Of a stretch of DNA of 64,000 nucleotides, positions 63,855-64,000 are shown in pieces. The stretch covers positions 15,902 to 79,901 of the forward strand of contig JAADGG010000067.1 of assembly GCA_013152485.1 (NCBI GenBank), written 5' to 3'. Made by a program: the position numbers and the translations under genes. The stretch comes from Nitrospirota bacterium. Its GTDB lineage: Bacteria; Nitrospirota; Thermodesulfovibrionia; Thermodesulfovibrionales; JdFR-85. Each line of letters starts with the position of its first letter. Within the stretch, counting starts at the first letter, position 1. A model generated the notes under the pieces. The model made no database searches, was not told the DNA's origin, and saw only the letters and a list, made by a program, of their open reading frames with translations.

Positions 63855-64000
63855 ATGCAAAGGAAAGAACATCCTGAAGGACACCCCGGGTGCGGAGACG
63901 AACGTCCGGTCCTGAAAGACCATCCGGTCCTTAGAGACCACCTGGCCGCTCAGAGGACGGTCCTCGCCAACGAACGCACCCTCCTTTCGTACGTCCGCAC
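63855..64000 (+). CDS. DUF202/YidH-like membrane protein, 3'-truncated at the window edge
   Basis: The ATG at 63855 is followed by ..HLAAQRTVLANERTLLSYVR.., which matches the conserved LANERTFLAW-type motif of DUF202 proteins. Confidence 0.5.
   Translation, partial: MQRKEHPEGHPGCGDERPVLKDHPVLRDHLAAQRTVLANERTLLSYVR

Overview
This is a 64-kb chromosomal window from an anaerobic, sulfur-metabolising bacterium. The gene content resembles sulfate/sulfite reducers or sulfur disproportionators (Thermodesulfovibrionia or Desulfobacterota type), but the taxon cannot be fixed from the sequence alone. I support about 60 protein genes. I found no rRNA, tRNA, CRISPR array, transposase, integrase or prophage genes.

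Gene layout, left to right:
1. A dissimilatory sulfite-reduction accessory locus at 2-8278: dsrN (5'-truncated), two unassigned genes, dsrC, a dsrT-like gene, dsrMKJOP and a ferredoxin.
2. A convergent tusA plus DsrH/DsrE/DsrF-like sulfur-relay operon (8380-9854).
3. A flavin reductase.
4. A heavy-metal RND efflux operon with a P-II-like gene (11045-17796).
5. A membrane methyltransferase, an unknown anchored protein and a hybrid sensor kinase.
6. A GGCT-like plus membrane-protein gene pair.
7. Methylthioadenosine/adenine salvage genes (mtnA, mtnP, apt and a purine permease).
8. rpmH-rnpA-yidD-yidC.
9. rho, a NifU-like gene and cutA.
10. A cytoplasmic formate-dehydrogenase-like molybdoenzyme with HydB/HydG (AsrA/AsrB)-like partners.
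11. An NtrC-type two-component system divergent from a sigma-54-promoted TusA-like gene.
12. yajQ, psiE and an AhpD/CMD-family gene with an in-frame TGA that is probably selenocysteine.
13. A PfkB kinase, TolC, TauE, PAP2 and DedA-PAP2 genes, and LysE.
14. A long minus-strand block: Znu/Tro-type metal ABC transporter, glgP, glpK, gpsA, a P3A-type H+-ATPase and a Crp/Fnr regulator.

The observations most worth following up are:
- The sulfur-relay module next to a reductive-type dsr locus.
- The sigma-54/TCS/TusA module.
- The UGA-containing AhpD-like gene.
- A family of conserved intergenic repeats (motifs A, B and C) not explained by any feature type I know.
- Two conserved genes with no canonical start codon.

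All functional calls come from motif and family recognition by eye. No database search was run.
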